Shown here piece after piece: positions 1 to 10,527 of a stretch of 35,382 nt of DNA (its first letter is position 1; each line of letters starts with the position of its first letter). This stretch comes from Barthelona sp. PAP020 (Eukaryota): NCBI GenBank assembly GCA_040182905.1, contig JARQWU010000001.1, positions 62,001 to 97,382 of the forward strand, given 5' to 3'. A model generated the notes under the pieces. That model searched no databases, had not been told where the DNA came from, and saw nothing but the letters and a program-made list of their open reading frames with translations. Position numbers and translations under genes: made by a program.

Positions 1-2060
1 CTCACAAACAAAGCTTCATTCTGCTCAATAGTGTCAAATCTCTTCAATTTCAGCAATTGCTTCCACAAAACACATAATTGCTGCAATTTCAGATATGTAT
101 CTCCCTGAAACATATCATCAAAGACAATATCATAGAACTTTTCAAAATTTTGATTTTCCAAATGGCATATCTTATGATAGTATTTAAAAAGCCATAAATG
201 ATAGAATTCTGCCTCAATAAATCCATACAATCTCAACATTTGTAGCAAATCAATGATAATGTTCATTTGAACAATCCCTTTACTCTTTTTAAACAATTGA
301 CTGATGTAATTTTCAACATCATGTGGTAAAATGGTGCTGATATTAGAATTCAGATGTTGCAAAGAAATTAAAACCTGATTGATAAGTTGATCTCTTTCAT
401 CAACTCTCAAAGAAATCACATGATCATACAAAAATTGAAATAAATGAAAGGCATTGATACAACCATTTGTTTCCAATTTGGAAAGTAAGTCAACGTATCT
501 TGATAACAATAAATTATTAAATTGCAGGGGCTGCAAAAGTTGAGTCCATTCCATCAATGTCAATTGTACTCCGTTTACAACGAAATAGCATGCCAACACA
601 TCAAAGGAAGTATTTAAAGTTTCAGAATGTATCTTGTCATTTTTGCCTAAAAGCATCAAGAGATACTCAATCCCCTCATTATAGATTGAACATCCCCTGT
701 TCATCACACGAACAGCATATTCAAACGTTCTAACCTCATAAAAAAGATACATAAATTTCACAAATATCAAAATAGGATTATGTTCAACAGAAATAGCCTC
801 TTTGTTATCAAACAAATACTTTTTTAAAATATTAAACGCATCTTTCGTTGAAGATTTGATACCTTCATTGTTTCCATTCATCCAATGAGCTTTTGCTTGC
901 TCAATCAACTCATTGACCCATAAAAAAATAATTTTTGATAGAGTATGATCTTGTGTGCGTTTATCTTCCAAAGTCAACAGGATCTTAACAGCATTTTCAT
1001 ATTGACAACTGTTAATGGCAAAAGAAATTCTATCAACAGCAGTTTCAGCTCTCATAGAGTACAAATTCCCTTCGTTAATACATAAAACACGTAATAACTC
1101 ATCTCCAAACATAGAATTTAAAAGTGGGAAATTCTTGACAACACACTTATCGTTAAGAAGAATCTGGGGAATGGAAGCACTCACAGGTGTTCTTGAACCA
1201 CTAATATGAACCAAATCACTGGAATATAAATGCATTTCAGTACAAACTGGAGTCTGAAGTAACACCAACAGATAATTATCAATCAATTCTTCCTTTACTA
1301 AAACTGGAAACAATCCCAATGATACAATCGAATGTGAAAAAATCAGTGATATATCATTTGATTGAACTAAAGAGATTTGAGGCTCAATATTCAATACAAA
1401 TCGAGTTAATTTCTTATTTATAGCAACAAATAAATAAGTTTGGCCAGATTTTGCATCATCAAAAACACACATATGTGGTTGTTTCGTTGAATCATCCACG
1501 TTACGAACTATTATACGCTTCAACGTCTGTGTATTGAATAAGGATAAATTTGAGGTCGATAAAGCAACTAAACAATTTCCAATCCAAATTAGTTGATGAA
1601 AATAACTCCCACCATCATAAATCATTTCTTCATTTGTTCCCCAAAATGTACCTCTTGATATACACATCAACTTTCCACCTTTTGAACCAACAATTACACG
1701 TTTAGTTCTTTCAAAATCAGGATCCATCGCAACACAACTCAAAGCCCATCTTAAATTGCATCCCCATGAAGACCCAGAAGCTTGAACGGGATGAACCATC
1801 AATTGCCCTGTATTAGAAATCATACATAGGTGTTGGTTTAAAGGATCACACACAATATCAGTTGTGTGATTTCCATGTTTAGAATTTACTGGCTCAAAAG
1901 CTTTATCGTGTTTCGAGGTTCTTTTTCCAAATGAATTAAATACAAGTACACTTCCTTTTGATGTACCCAAAAAATAATAATATTGTCCAACACCTAAACT
2001 CGTTATAATCGTATCATTTTGAACATCTAATGGTTCTAGTAATATAGAATTATCTTCCAT
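1..2060 (-). CDS. VPS41: Vps41-like HOPS complex subunit (N-terminal WD40 beta-propeller); 3'-partial, runs off the window edge
   Basis: Not in the ORF track because it has no stop inside the window. ATG at 2060 (MEDNSILLEPL...), and the frame stays open to position 1 (~686 codons). The segment VAMDPDFERTKRVIVGSKGGKLMCISRGTFWGTNEEMIYDGGELFHQLIWIGNCLVAL resembles the Vps41 N-terminal repeats. Confidence 0.7.
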   Translation of the reverse strand, partial: MEDNSILLEPLDVQNDTIITSLGVGQYYYFLGTSKGSVLVFNSFGKRTSKHDKAFEPVNSKHGNHTTDIVCDPLNQHLCMISNTGQLMVHPVQASGSSWGCNLRWALSCVAMDPDFERTKRVIVGSKGGKLMCISRGTFWGTNEEMIYDGGSYFHQLIWIGNCLVALSTSNLSLFNTQTLKRIIVRNVDDSTKQPHMCVFDDAKSGQTYLFVAINKKLTRFVLNIEPQISLVQSNDISLIFSHSIVSLGLFPVLVKEELIDNYLLVLLQTPVCTEMHLYSSDLVHISGSRTPVSASIPQILLNDKCVVKNFPLLNSMFGDELLRVLCINEGNLYSMRAETAVDRISFAINSCQYENAVKILLTLEDKRTQDHTLSKIIFLWVNELIEQAKAHWMNGNNEGIKSSTKDAFNILKKYLFDNKEAISVEHNPILIFVKFMYLFYEVRTFEYAVRVMNRGCSIYNEGIEYLLMLLGKNDKIHSETLNTSFDVLACYFVVNGVQLTLMEWTQLLQPLQFNNLLLSRYVDLLSKLETNGCINAFHLFQFLYDHVISLRVDERDQLINQVLISLQHLNSNISTILPHDVENYISQLFKKSKGIVQMNIIIDLLQMLRLYGFIEAEFYHLWLFKYYHKICHLENQNFEKFYDIVFDDMFQGDTYLKLQQLCVLWKQLLKLKRFDTIEQNEALFV

Positions 2061-2227
2061 TTTGTCACAAAGAAAGACGTGTCAATAAACAATAAAACAC
2101 TTTTGTTTGCATTTCATCATTATTTTTCTCACCTGTTTTAATTTGGTTTTTATAAAATAATCAATGTTTTTACAATTTCAATAAAGTGAAAAACAAAAAA
2201 AAACAACATTGACAATTTTTATTTAAT

Positions 2228-3064
2228 ATGGCAAAGAAAAAAATCAAAATTCAACAGCCAACATACGAAAAACCATTGAAGGATAATGATATTAAAGAAA
2301 TATGGAGTGATATTACTTCTTCAACAACAAAGAGAAAAAAAACGAAAACCACAACTCCCTACACAAATAATGCCAAAGTTGATTCAATAGTGATGCCATT
2401 ATCAGGTCAAAGTTATAATCCTGATCCTGAATTACATGATCGATTATTGAATTATGCAACAGCCAAAGCCCTTGATAATCTTGTTGAACATCATCAAAAG
2501 GAAGTCAATTTAAAACAACACCAAAATATCACTCGTGCTTTGTACTCAGATACATATCCACCGGTTGATAAAACGATGATTGAAGAGGCTGATTCTGATT
2601 CTACCACAGTTTATGATGAAGATAGTTTAGTTCTTGGAGAAATTAAACCTAAAATTTCAAAAAGATTGACCAAACAACAAGAAATGAAGCGCGAAAGACG
2701 AAACTTGATGAAGCAAGAAGAAAAGAAAAAGAAAGCCCTTAACAGAGTAAAAAGAATTGAAGAACAAGCGAAATATTCTCAAAAAATTAGCAAAAAAACG
2801 ACAAAAGACTACACTCCCAAAAAACTAAGCAAAGTTGAACAAATTATTACTAAACCCAAGAGATCAGGTAAAGATAAATACGAAGATGATGATATTGATA
2901 TTGGTTTTGAGGAAGTAGGCACTTTGAGAAATATTCAACCATCAAACAACCTTGTTAGATCAACTTTTACTAATTTCCAAAGAAGGGGATTAATTGAACC
3001 TAAAAAATTAAAATTGTATCAAAGAAGATATCAATTGAAAACGAAATTAAAAATTGGGTCATAA
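2228..3064 (+). CDS. NOP53: 60S ribosome biogenesis factor Nop53/GLTSCR2
   Basis: GQSYNP...H motif, a basic coiled region, and C-terminal GTLRNIQPSNNLVRSTFTNFQRRGLIEP typical of Nop53. Confidence 0.88.
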   Translation: MAKKKIKIQQPTYEKPLKDNDIKEIWSDITSSTTKRKKTKTTTPYTNNAKVDSIVMPLSGQSYNPDPELHDRLLNYATAKALDNLVEHHQKEVNLKQHQNITRALYSDTYPPVDKTMIEEADSDSTTVYDEDSLVLGEIKPKISKRLTKQQEMKRERRNLMKQEEKKKKALNRVKRIEEQAKYSQKISKKTTKDYTPKKLSKVEQIITKPKRSGKDKYEDDDIDIGFEEVGTLRNIQPSNNLVRSTFTNFQRRGLIEPKKLKLYQRRYQLKTKLKIGS

Positions 3065-3360
3065 AATTTTTTAAAAATCAAAAAGAAGTTTGAAATAAAT
3101 TATTTTCGTCGTTTTTGTTATTTATGTTTTTTTAAACAAAGCTGAATTAATTCAAATAGCGGAAAAACTTGATTTCTTTTAATTGTTTTTGATTTTCAAC
3201 CTTTTTCCACAGTTTTTCATTTTAAATTGCATGAAGTGAAACATAAAAAAATACAACTCATTCTTTACGCATAATAATTATAGAAAAAAAAAATTATATT
3301 TAGAATACCAAAAGAGGAGGTCTATTTTTAACAATAAATTCTCATTTATTTTTTTTGTAT

Positions 3361-6300
3361 ATGTTGAAGTATTTATTACTATTAAGTGTTTCCTTATTGA
3401 TATTAGTATCAGCTGAGGAAGCACTAAGTTTTAAGTTCAAACAAGAAACAGCTTTTATGAAAGTTAATGTTACATCAGTTTCTCTTGCTGATTATGTTAC
3501 TAAAGATGCAAGTGGGGGAATGAAGATTGCTTATACTAAATTTTACCCACTTGAAACAAACATTTTAACTTCATTGGCTGAAAAGCAACGTGAATTAGTT
3601 CAAGTTGAATTTAATGATACAACGTACTTTTCTAAAATGATTGACAAAGAGTTAGTTAAGGCTGGTATTCCCACCAAAAAAAACCTTTCTGATATGGGTG
3701 TTTTCCTAGATAATACTGGAACCTATGGTTCTTCAGTTAGTTTATCAAATATTGCTTATACCGTGATGAAAACTTTTCCTCGTATGCAAATTTTTGAAAT
3801 TAACAAGGATGTTATCAAGGATGTTATCAATGGGACAATCAATGGGACATCCAGTGGAAAAATTGAACTAAAATCTGTTGATCCTTTTGAATACAAGGAA
3901 GACTTGTCTAACATTGGTGGATTGGAAGGACCTATTATCTGTATTGCTCTTCCGATTATTCTTATATGTCTTTGGTTTAGTTTATATTTAGTTTGGCGGA
4001 TTCTTTATTTACTTTTGGGATGGATGTGTTGTTGCTACTATTGTGCTGAATGTCGTAAACCTTCTGAGGCCAAATTAGCTGCCAATAAGAAAAAACTTGA
4101 TGGTTATTCTGCAGGTTCATTCTTAGGTAAGGTTATTAGAACCGTATTTTTTGGTGCTGCCCTTCTTTTCCTTTTTTTCATGTTTAAAGGTAATAATGTC
4201 GTTGCTGGAGGTTATTATGAGATGATTTATTCCAAGGGACCTTCTAACTTATTGACTGGAGTTACAGCTCAAGTCGGTTCGATGACAGATTACATTGGTG
4301 ACATTGTAGATCATACTGGTGGTATTGTTAATGTTACCCTTATGTTATCTGGTTTGGAAAATGATACTTTTTGGTCATATTTCAATCAAATTTTCGAATT
4401 TGTTGATCTGCTACCTTCTGGTGCTACCATCAAGAATGTTTCTGACCCTATTGTTAATATGATTAATATTCTTCCAACCAATGATAGTTTGAAAGTATTT
4501 TACGATTTTATTGATCACGTTAACACCACATTTAAATTGGACGAAGTTAAAGCTAATGTTACTATTTTGAAAGGTGTTGCAACAAGTCTACCTAATTTAA
4601 CCGATGTTTCTGTAAATCTGACCAAAATTGAAGAGCAAAAATCTAAATTTGGCGGTATTAGTTATCTTTTAGGTAACGTTTCCAGTATCTCCACAGATAT
4701 CAGTGGATTACCTTCCTTGACTAATATGAAAGCAAATATTTCAACTCTTTTTGAAGGATTAACTGCTGTAAATGGTGTTGCTAAAGATCTTACAGTAGAT
4801 GCACCTAAAATGCAAGATCAAGATGCTGAAATGACTAAAATCAAGACTATGGTTGGTTCAACAAACCAAAATCGTGTTAAGGCAATAGATGATGTATTTG
4901 CTGCCAATTATGCTACACTTCAAAGTGAAGTTGATGCTAGCAACTATGCTAATGTTAAAACTTTATGCACAAATTTGAATTCTATGGAAGTTGATTCATT
5001 AAAGACTGATGTCGATAATGTTATTGGTGTTCAAAACAGCGGATTTTTCCAATCTCTATCTTCAAATACCTCTAAATTGTCCACTGGTATTACAAAGATG
5101 AAAGATAATCTTAATGTTGTTATTGGAAATGTTTCTGCATTGGATGTTGTTATTAATAAAACCAAAAATTATATGCCTACTGCAACATCTACATTGAACG
5201 ATGTGAAGGTTGCTATTTCTACTCTTGATGGATTATCATATCTTGTTGATGCTTTCAATACCACCATTCAACAGGTTAAGAAAGTCAATTTTACTGACGA
5301 TCTTATTGCTGTTTTAGCAGCATTTGAAAGTTTCAGCATTCCCACTGCTGAATTCAATGCTCAATTCGAATATTTTGATGATTTGATGGCAAAAGCAGCT
5401 AAAGTTCCAGAAATGGTCACTAACTTCACAAACCTCATCAACCCTATTGTTAGTAAATTAGATGATGTCATGTTTGCTGTTGGAAACATCACACAAGTCA
5501 TCATTTATTCAGTAAGAAACTCTTTGTTACTCTATCCTGGTGCATTACCTGCAAGTGTTGATGATGCTTTAAAGATGCTTGATCAAGTCAAGGAAATGGA
5601 CCTTGGTAATATGATTAATTCAGTAACCAACATGACAAGCAGTATGAATATTACTGCTATTCTTAGTTCGGTTAATTTAACAGCTATCAAAACCCAAGTC
5701 AACTCCTTTAATTTCTCTTTCAATGCCACTGAAATTAAATCTCCTCTTGAAAGTTTGAAAACTTACCGTGCTACAATTTTGGGATATGAAAGCATTTTGA
5801 ACAATATCAAATCTTTGAGTGATACAATTAAGACAATCAATGTCCAAACATTCATTGATCAAATTTCAACTATGAATACCACACTTGCTGCTTTACCAAA
5901 CCTTTATGACGTATCGTATCAATTAACTGCAGCTAAATCAAAGCTTGACAGTTTACCTTCAGGTGTTAACGATTTGAGCAGTATTAAGACTGGTATTGAT
6001 AGTTTTATTGCTATTGATTTTACCAATGATGTTAAACCCGCTTTAACAGCTGTTTCTGGCAGTGGAATATCTTCTTGTCCTACCAATATGGCTGCTTGTT
6101 TAGCTGATTCTAGTACTTGTGATACTAATAAGGCAAATATTAAAGCTGAATTGAATGCTCTCAATACTGGTCTTTCAAGTGCATCTTCTGGATATTCTAG
6201 TCCTTATTCTCAAATGCAATCTTCTAATACTGCTCTTTCAGGAGTTGCCAATGATATGTTTTACAACTTAGGTACAGGTCTTAACAATTTATACACTTCA

Positions 6301-7920
6301 ACTGGTTCACTTTCTCAACCCACTGGTATTCCTGATTCTTTCCCTTCAATTGCTATTTCTGGTGATATGGGAAGTATTGATGTGAGTGGATTGGATACTA
6401 TTTCTTCTGTTAAAGCTCAATTGGCCACTGTTGCTGCATTAGATCTCCCTGGAAAGACTAGTCTTTTTGACACTGTTATTTCTTCACTTGATTCTTCTCT
6501 GTTAACATCAGTGAAAGCTCAATTAACTGCTGCTTCAACAATGATCACAACATTGTCAACTACTGTTGATCCTATCAAAGGAAAAATTTCTCAACTCGAT
6601 CAATTTGTTGGAATCATCGATCAAGTAGATGAGTATTCAACAAAATACAAGCAATATGTTCCAGCTAATGCTTCTCAATTCAGTAAACTTTTCTTGGATA
6701 TAGTTACAAATGTCACCAAAGTTGTCTCATCCATTGATGACAGCACTGATTTATTGATTAGTGATTTTGATACTAAATTAAACCCTGGAAGAGCTATTGC
6801 TTATGATGCCGTTTTGAGTGTCGATTATTACAGATGGTTGGTAATGCTTGTTCCTTTATTATTGATTGTTGTTCCCATTGTTTTGAAGATATTATTCACA
6901 TGGTGTGGATGTGGATGTTGTGGATGTGGACCTTGCTGTCATTGTTGGAATGATGGTTGGTTAACTTTTTGGATGTTGTTTTTGATGATTATTTTTGGAA
7001 GTGTTGCTACTGCCTTCGTTTCTGTTGCTTTTGGTGGTCAAATGGTTTGCACCGTTCTACAAGAACCTGAAATTGCTCAAAAGTTTACTACATCTCTTCC
7101 TGCTAATATGACCACTCAAAACTTTACTGTAGATTATTCTACATTTGGAGGAATTAAAAAGAATATAACCATTCCTTTGGTTGATGCCGGTATTGCTGTT
7201 TTATATGATGATGCAACCTCTAGAACTTCTGTTTTAGATAGTATTCCTTTCAATTATTCTTTCGAAATCCTTGAAAAATTCGCCAATGATACATTAAAGA
7301 ATTATATTCCTTTCCCCAACGGTACTTTCACTGGTACTGAAAACAGCAATGAAATGATCAAATTAATTCGTTATCTTAATCCTAAAGTGATCAATAAAAC
7401 ATGGGATACGGTCTATTTCGTCACTAGGAATTCAACTACTACACTTAAAAGCATTTTAACTTGGGTTTTAGGACCTTCTATTCAACCTATTATTGAAGAA
7501 ATGGTTATTACACCTTTCTGTGGAGGTATTTTTGGTGGTTTAGCAATATATGGTACATTTGCTTATCTCATCAGTTGGAGTTTATTGTTAGGATTATGTT
7601 CTACATGTTGTTGTCATGCTCATTGGGAAACAGTTGATGCTGAATTTGAAGATCCTTCGGACAAAACTTTCATTAACAATCAACCTACACAACAAATTAG
7701 AGTTCAATCTCAAAATGAATTTTATGATCAAAAATTGTTAGTAGGACCTCATGATTCTGGAAACTTTGGTTATAATGATAGTCAATATTATGGGCAACTT
7801 CAAAATGTTCAAACAATTCCTGTCATCAATGATCCTTTCAATGGTCCTTTCAATGGTCCTATTGTTAATAATGCCATTGAAATTCCTACAACTGGTGGAA
7901 AAACTGATAGTTACATGTGA
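3361..7920 (+). CDS. Very large pentaspan membrane protein, prominin/tweety-like topology
   Basis: ATG at 3361 (the track's 3355 is TTG). Signal peptide, then TM1, Cys cluster (CCCYYCAEC), TM2, ~880-aa helical loop with many NxS/T sequons, YRW-TM3, Cys cluster, TM4-GG-x-x-VC, a loop, TM5 and a Cys cluster. The CDS is certain; the family is inferred. Confidence 0.6.
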   Translation: MLKYLLLLSVSLLILVSAEEALSFKFKQETAFMKVNVTSVSLADYVTKDASGGMKIAYTKFYPLETNILTSLAEKQRELVQVEFNDTTYFSKMIDKELVKAGIPTKKNLSDMGVFLDNTGTYGSSVSLSNIAYTVMKTFPRMQIFEINKDVIKDVINGTINGTSSGKIELKSVDPFEYKEDLSNIGGLEGPIICIALPIILICLWFSLYLVWRILYLLLGWMCCCYYCAECRKPSEAKLAANKKKLDGYSAGSFLGKVIRTVFFGAALLFLFFMFKGNNVVAGGYYEMIYSKGPSNLLTGVTAQVGSMTDYIGDIVDHTGGIVNVTLMLSGLENDTFWSYFNQIFEFVDLLPSGATIKNVSDPIVNMINILPTNDSLKVFYDFIDHVNTTFKLDEVKANVTILKGVATSLPNLTDVSVNLTKIEEQKSKFGGISYLLGNVSSISTDISGLPSLTNMKANISTLFEGLTAVNGVAKDLTVDAPKMQDQDAEMTKIKTMVGSTNQNRVKAIDDVFAANYATLQSEVDASNYANVKTLCTNLNSMEVDSLKTDVDNVIGVQNSGFFQSLSSNTSKLSTGITKMKDNLNVVIGNVSALDVVINKTKNYMPTATSTLNDVKVAISTLDGLSYLVDAFNTTIQQVKKVNFTDDLIAVLAAFESFSIPTAEFNAQFEYFDDLMAKAAKVPEMVTNFTNLINPIVSKLDDVMFAVGNITQVIIYSVRNSLLLYPGALPASVDDALKMLDQVKEMDLGNMINSVTNMTSSMNITAILSSVNLTAIKTQVNSFNFSFNATEIKSPLESLKTYRATILGYESILNNIKSLSDTIKTINVQTFIDQISTMNTTLAALPNLYDVSYQLTAAKSKLDSLPSGVNDLSSIKTGIDSFIAIDFTNDVKPALTAVSGSGISSCPTNMAACLADSSTCDTNKANIKAELNALNTGLSSASSGYSSPYSQMQSSNTALSGVANDMFYNLGTGLNNLYTSTGSLSQPTGIPDSFPSIAISGDMGSIDVSGLDTISSVKAQLATVAALDLPGKTSLFDTVISSLDSSLLTSVKAQLTAASTMITTLSTTVDPIKGKISQLDQFVGIIDQVDEYSTKYKQYVPANASQFSKLFLDIVTNVTKVVSSIDDSTDLLISDFDTKLNPGRAIAYDAVLSVDYYRWLVMLVPLLLIVVPIVLKILFTWCGCGCCGCGPCCHCWNDGWLTFWMLFLMIIFGSVATAFVSVAFGGQMVCTVLQEPEIAQKFTTSLPANMTTQNFTVDYSTFGGIKKNITIPLVDAGIAVLYDDATSRTSVLDSIPFNYSFEILEKFANDTLKNYIPFPNGTFTGTENSNEMIKLIRYLNPKVINKTWDTVYFVTRNSTTTLKSILTWVLGPSIQPIIEEMVITPFCGGIFGGLAIYGTFAYLISWSLLLGLCSTCCCHAHWETVDAEFEDPSDKTFINNQPTQQIRVQSQNEFYDQKLLVGPHDSGNFGYNDSQYYGQLQNVQTIPVINDPFNGPFNGPIVNNAIEIPTTGGKTDSYM

Positions 7921-8236
7921 TCTGAAAGAAAAAACAGATTCAAATTTTAATTGATGTTGCCGATCTTTTCTCTTTTTATTTTCTTCTTTTTATGAAACGA
8001 CAATTAATCAATATCGATAAAACCTTTGTAATTTTATTTTTATTTTATTTTCGCAAAACTTTGGAATGTTTAGTTTCAAGCTTCATATAATTAGAAACAA
8101 TAAAACTTTATCTTTATTCATCTTGGGGAACGCAGTGTTCCTTTCAGGAACCTCATAGTCTTAACTATTTTATTTCGTAGGCAATCCAGTGCCGAGTGCC
8201 GCCCTATGTAGTGTATGAAAATATTGTTGTTCTAAG

Positions 8237-8365
8237 TGTTCGTAGCAAAGCGGACAGATTGCACATTAAAGACAATATAAATGTGTTTAAGGTTTCTTCT
8301 TGCAATTTCTGATATTAATGGATATCAAAATTGAAAGTGAAATAACAACAAAGAATCAAATGATT
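8237..8365 (+). repeat. Left arm of a diverged 129-bp inverted repeat
   Basis: Aligns without gaps to the reverse complement of 8642-8770; 22 mismatches in 129 nt by manual count, with a 60-nt core having 2 mismatches. Confidence 0.9.
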
Positions 8366-8366
8366 G

Positions 8367-8466
8367 NNNNNNNNNNNNNNNNNNNNNNNNNNNNNNNNNN
8401 NNNNNNNNNNNNNNNNNNNNNNNNNNNNNNNNNNNNNNNNNNNNNNNNNNNNNNNNNNNNNNNNNN
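8367..8466. other. Assembly gap (100 N)
   Basis: Run of exactly 100 N, the usual placeholder for a gap of unknown size. Confidence 0.98.
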
Positions 8467-8641
8467 TCTTAAAAAAAAAAGAAATACTTTAGGTGTGGAT
8501 GGGGCGATTATCTAAATAAAAGTTTAATAATCTTTTCCCTTCTTGCCAATAAATTTTGATTGTTCTTCTGTGGGTTTTCCTTGATGAAACCTTGCAATTC
8601 CTTGCTAACCTACTATGCACACTTGCATCCTTCTTATTATG

Positions 8642-8770
8642 AATAATTTGATTTTTTGCTATCCTTATACTTTCAATTTTGATATCCATTAACATCAGAA
8701 ATTGCAAGAAAAAACCTTAAACACATTTTTATTGTTTTTTGCTTGAAATCCATCTCCTTTGCTGCGAACA
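8642..8770 (-). repeat. Right arm of the diverged 129-bp inverted repeat (possible transposon relic)
   Basis: Reverse-complement match to 8237-8365. Confidence 0.9.
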
Positions 8771-8992
8771 AGTCCAATGTGAGAGCATTGCTTAGGAGCG
8801 AAGTCAGCGTGAACAAAAAATTTCCGAAATTTTTTTTTTTACAAAACATATTTATGTACAGTTATTTCATTTGCTATTTTGCAAAGAATTCTTGCTTTTG
8901 AATTTTCCAAAAAAGTTTACAATTCAACAGTTGTTTTTCGTTCAAAAAACTACAAAGGTTTTACTCATTTAAATGCAAAACCAAAGATTTCC

Positions 8993-10102
8993 TCATTGGT
9001 CACGATTTTGTTGCTCTAAAACAGTTCTAGGTGGTGGAATTGGATAAGTATCTTTGTTAGTATCAAATTCTCTTGGAACCTTTTGAAATCTAACTGCTTC
9101 AGGATTAAATTGAGGAGTCTTAACAAAGTTCAAGAAAAGGTTGAGCAATCTACTTCTTAATCCTTTCATTGAAGACTCTGGTCTGCCTCTTTGCAGTAAA
9201 TCAGCCTCTCTATCTATTAGGTTAACAATGCTTCTCGTCAATTCACAATCAAACTGTTTAACTGTCCATTTGACATGCAATAATACGTCCAATCTGTCTT
9301 TTAACTCTAATTTAGCCTCTAATAATTCAAATAACGTTTTTAGTTCATCTGCTCGTTTAGTAAACGGTGTTTCCACAGCCATCGCATTGCCATCTGATAA
9401 TCCCCAAACTTTAGGAGCCGCCATTAATTCTAGAGCACGGCCCACAGCGGCATCTTTATTCTTTTTCTTGGCTTCAATCCTCAAACCTTCAATTCTTTGT
9501 ATGTACTTTGTTTCTTGTGCCAACATCGATTTCATCTGTTGTTTTCGTTCTTCATCAGACAAATTCAACGCATTTATCTTCGCTGTCTCAGTTTCACGCC
9601 ATCTCTCTAATTCAGCATGCAGCAGTTTGAAATCAGATGCGGTTTGTGGATGAAGACGTCGTGATATTTCTCTTTGTCTTTCTTCTTCAGCATCAACTTT
9701 TTCTTGTTGAACCATCATTTCAAAATTGTTTTTTTCTTCTTCCAACAACAACTTAATTGCTTTGGCTTCAGTTCTTCCTAAAAACCCACGTAAACAACGT
9801 TGAATACTAATAGAATACTCTTTTTCTAAATTATCATATTCTTCTAAACTCATTACATTCATTTTGGGTATCATTACTTTGTCATTTGTTTCTTCAATGC
9901 ATAAATTTGGTTGAATAGTTTGTGTACCAAATTGTCGCAATGTTTGTGAAGTTGTTTCTTTCAACACTTTTGTTTGAGTGTCACGATGATAACGTTCAAC
10001 ATTTTTTGATTTTCTTTTGGAATATGTTTGTGTGGTTGCATGATGATAAATTATTCCATTTCGTTTGTCTCGGTATCCACCCAAATATGGTTTTGGATCC
10101 AT
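8993..10102 (-). CDS. IQUB: IQUB/FAP253-like flagellar radial-spoke protein (short form)
   Basis: Likely ATG at 10102 (MDPKPYLGGYRDKRNGIIYHHATTQT). It has several TQT motifs, an IQ motif (IQRCLRGFLGR), RRLHPQTASDF and LRSRLLNLFLNFVKTPQFNPEA. Confidence 0.85.
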   Translation of the reverse strand: MDPKPYLGGYRDKRNGIIYHHATTQTYSKRKSKNVERYHRDTQTKVLKETTSQTLRQFGTQTIQPNLCIEETNDKVMIPKMNVMSLEEYDNLEKEYSISIQRCLRGFLGRTEAKAIKLLLEEEKNNFEMMVQQEKVDAEEERQREISRRLHPQTASDFKLLHAELERWRETETAKINALNLSDEERKQQMKSMLAQETKYIQRIEGLRIEAKKKNKDAAVGRALELMAAPKVWGLSDGNAMAVETPFTKRADELKTLFELLEAKLELKDRLDVLLHVKWTVKQFDCELTRSIVNLIDREADLLQRGRPESSMKGLRSRLLNLFLNFVKTPQFNPEAVRFQKVPREFDTNKDTYPIPPPRTVLEQQNRDQ

Positions 10103-10152
10103 GTTAAAGTTTAAAATGAGGAAAAGTTGAATTTTTTTTTTTTGATTTTTGA

Positions 10153-10527
10153 ATGTATACAACTCCAAGAAAAACGAAAATTCACAGACCGAAAAGAGCT
10201 CCACCAAAAAAACCTTTATTTAAAGTGGAAAGTTCAAATCATCAATATACGAAAAGGGAAGAATTTCATGATTGTGTTACGAATATATTAGAATTATCAA
10301 CATATTACAGACCTATTGATCCATTATTAGCTAGAATTGAACCAGAGGACATAGATTTAAAATACACTTTTCAATTTGACCAAAATTCAATTGGTGACAA
10401 GCTTCTACAAATATTTGACCCTTCTTTACAAATACAGATCCCGAAATTACCGATACAACCACCATCATTACCCCCTTCACAGGTAATTTCCAGTTTTTTA
10501 GATAACGATCTTCCCCCTCCTTTTTAA
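10153..10527 (+). CDS. Hypothetical protein (basic N-terminus, Pro-rich C-terminus)
   Basis: 124-aa ATG ORF preceded by a T-tract like other genes here; fills the space between IQUB and LCMT1. Confidence 0.6.
   Translation: MYTTPRKTKIHRPKRAPPKKPLFKVESSNHQYTKREEFHDCVTNILELSTYYRPIDPLLARIEPEDIDLKYTFQFDQNSIGDKLLQIFDPSLQIQIPKLPIQPPSLPPSQVISSFLDNDLPPPF

Noticed and set aside
3311..3320. Shine-Dalgarno-like AGAGGAGG
   Set aside because: Eukaryotic context and about 40 nt from the ATG; likely chance.
8300..8707. Track ORFs 8300-8515 and 8489-8707 as real paralogous proteins
   Set aside because: Both start at TTG, one spans the N gap, and their similarity simply reflects the inverted repeat.
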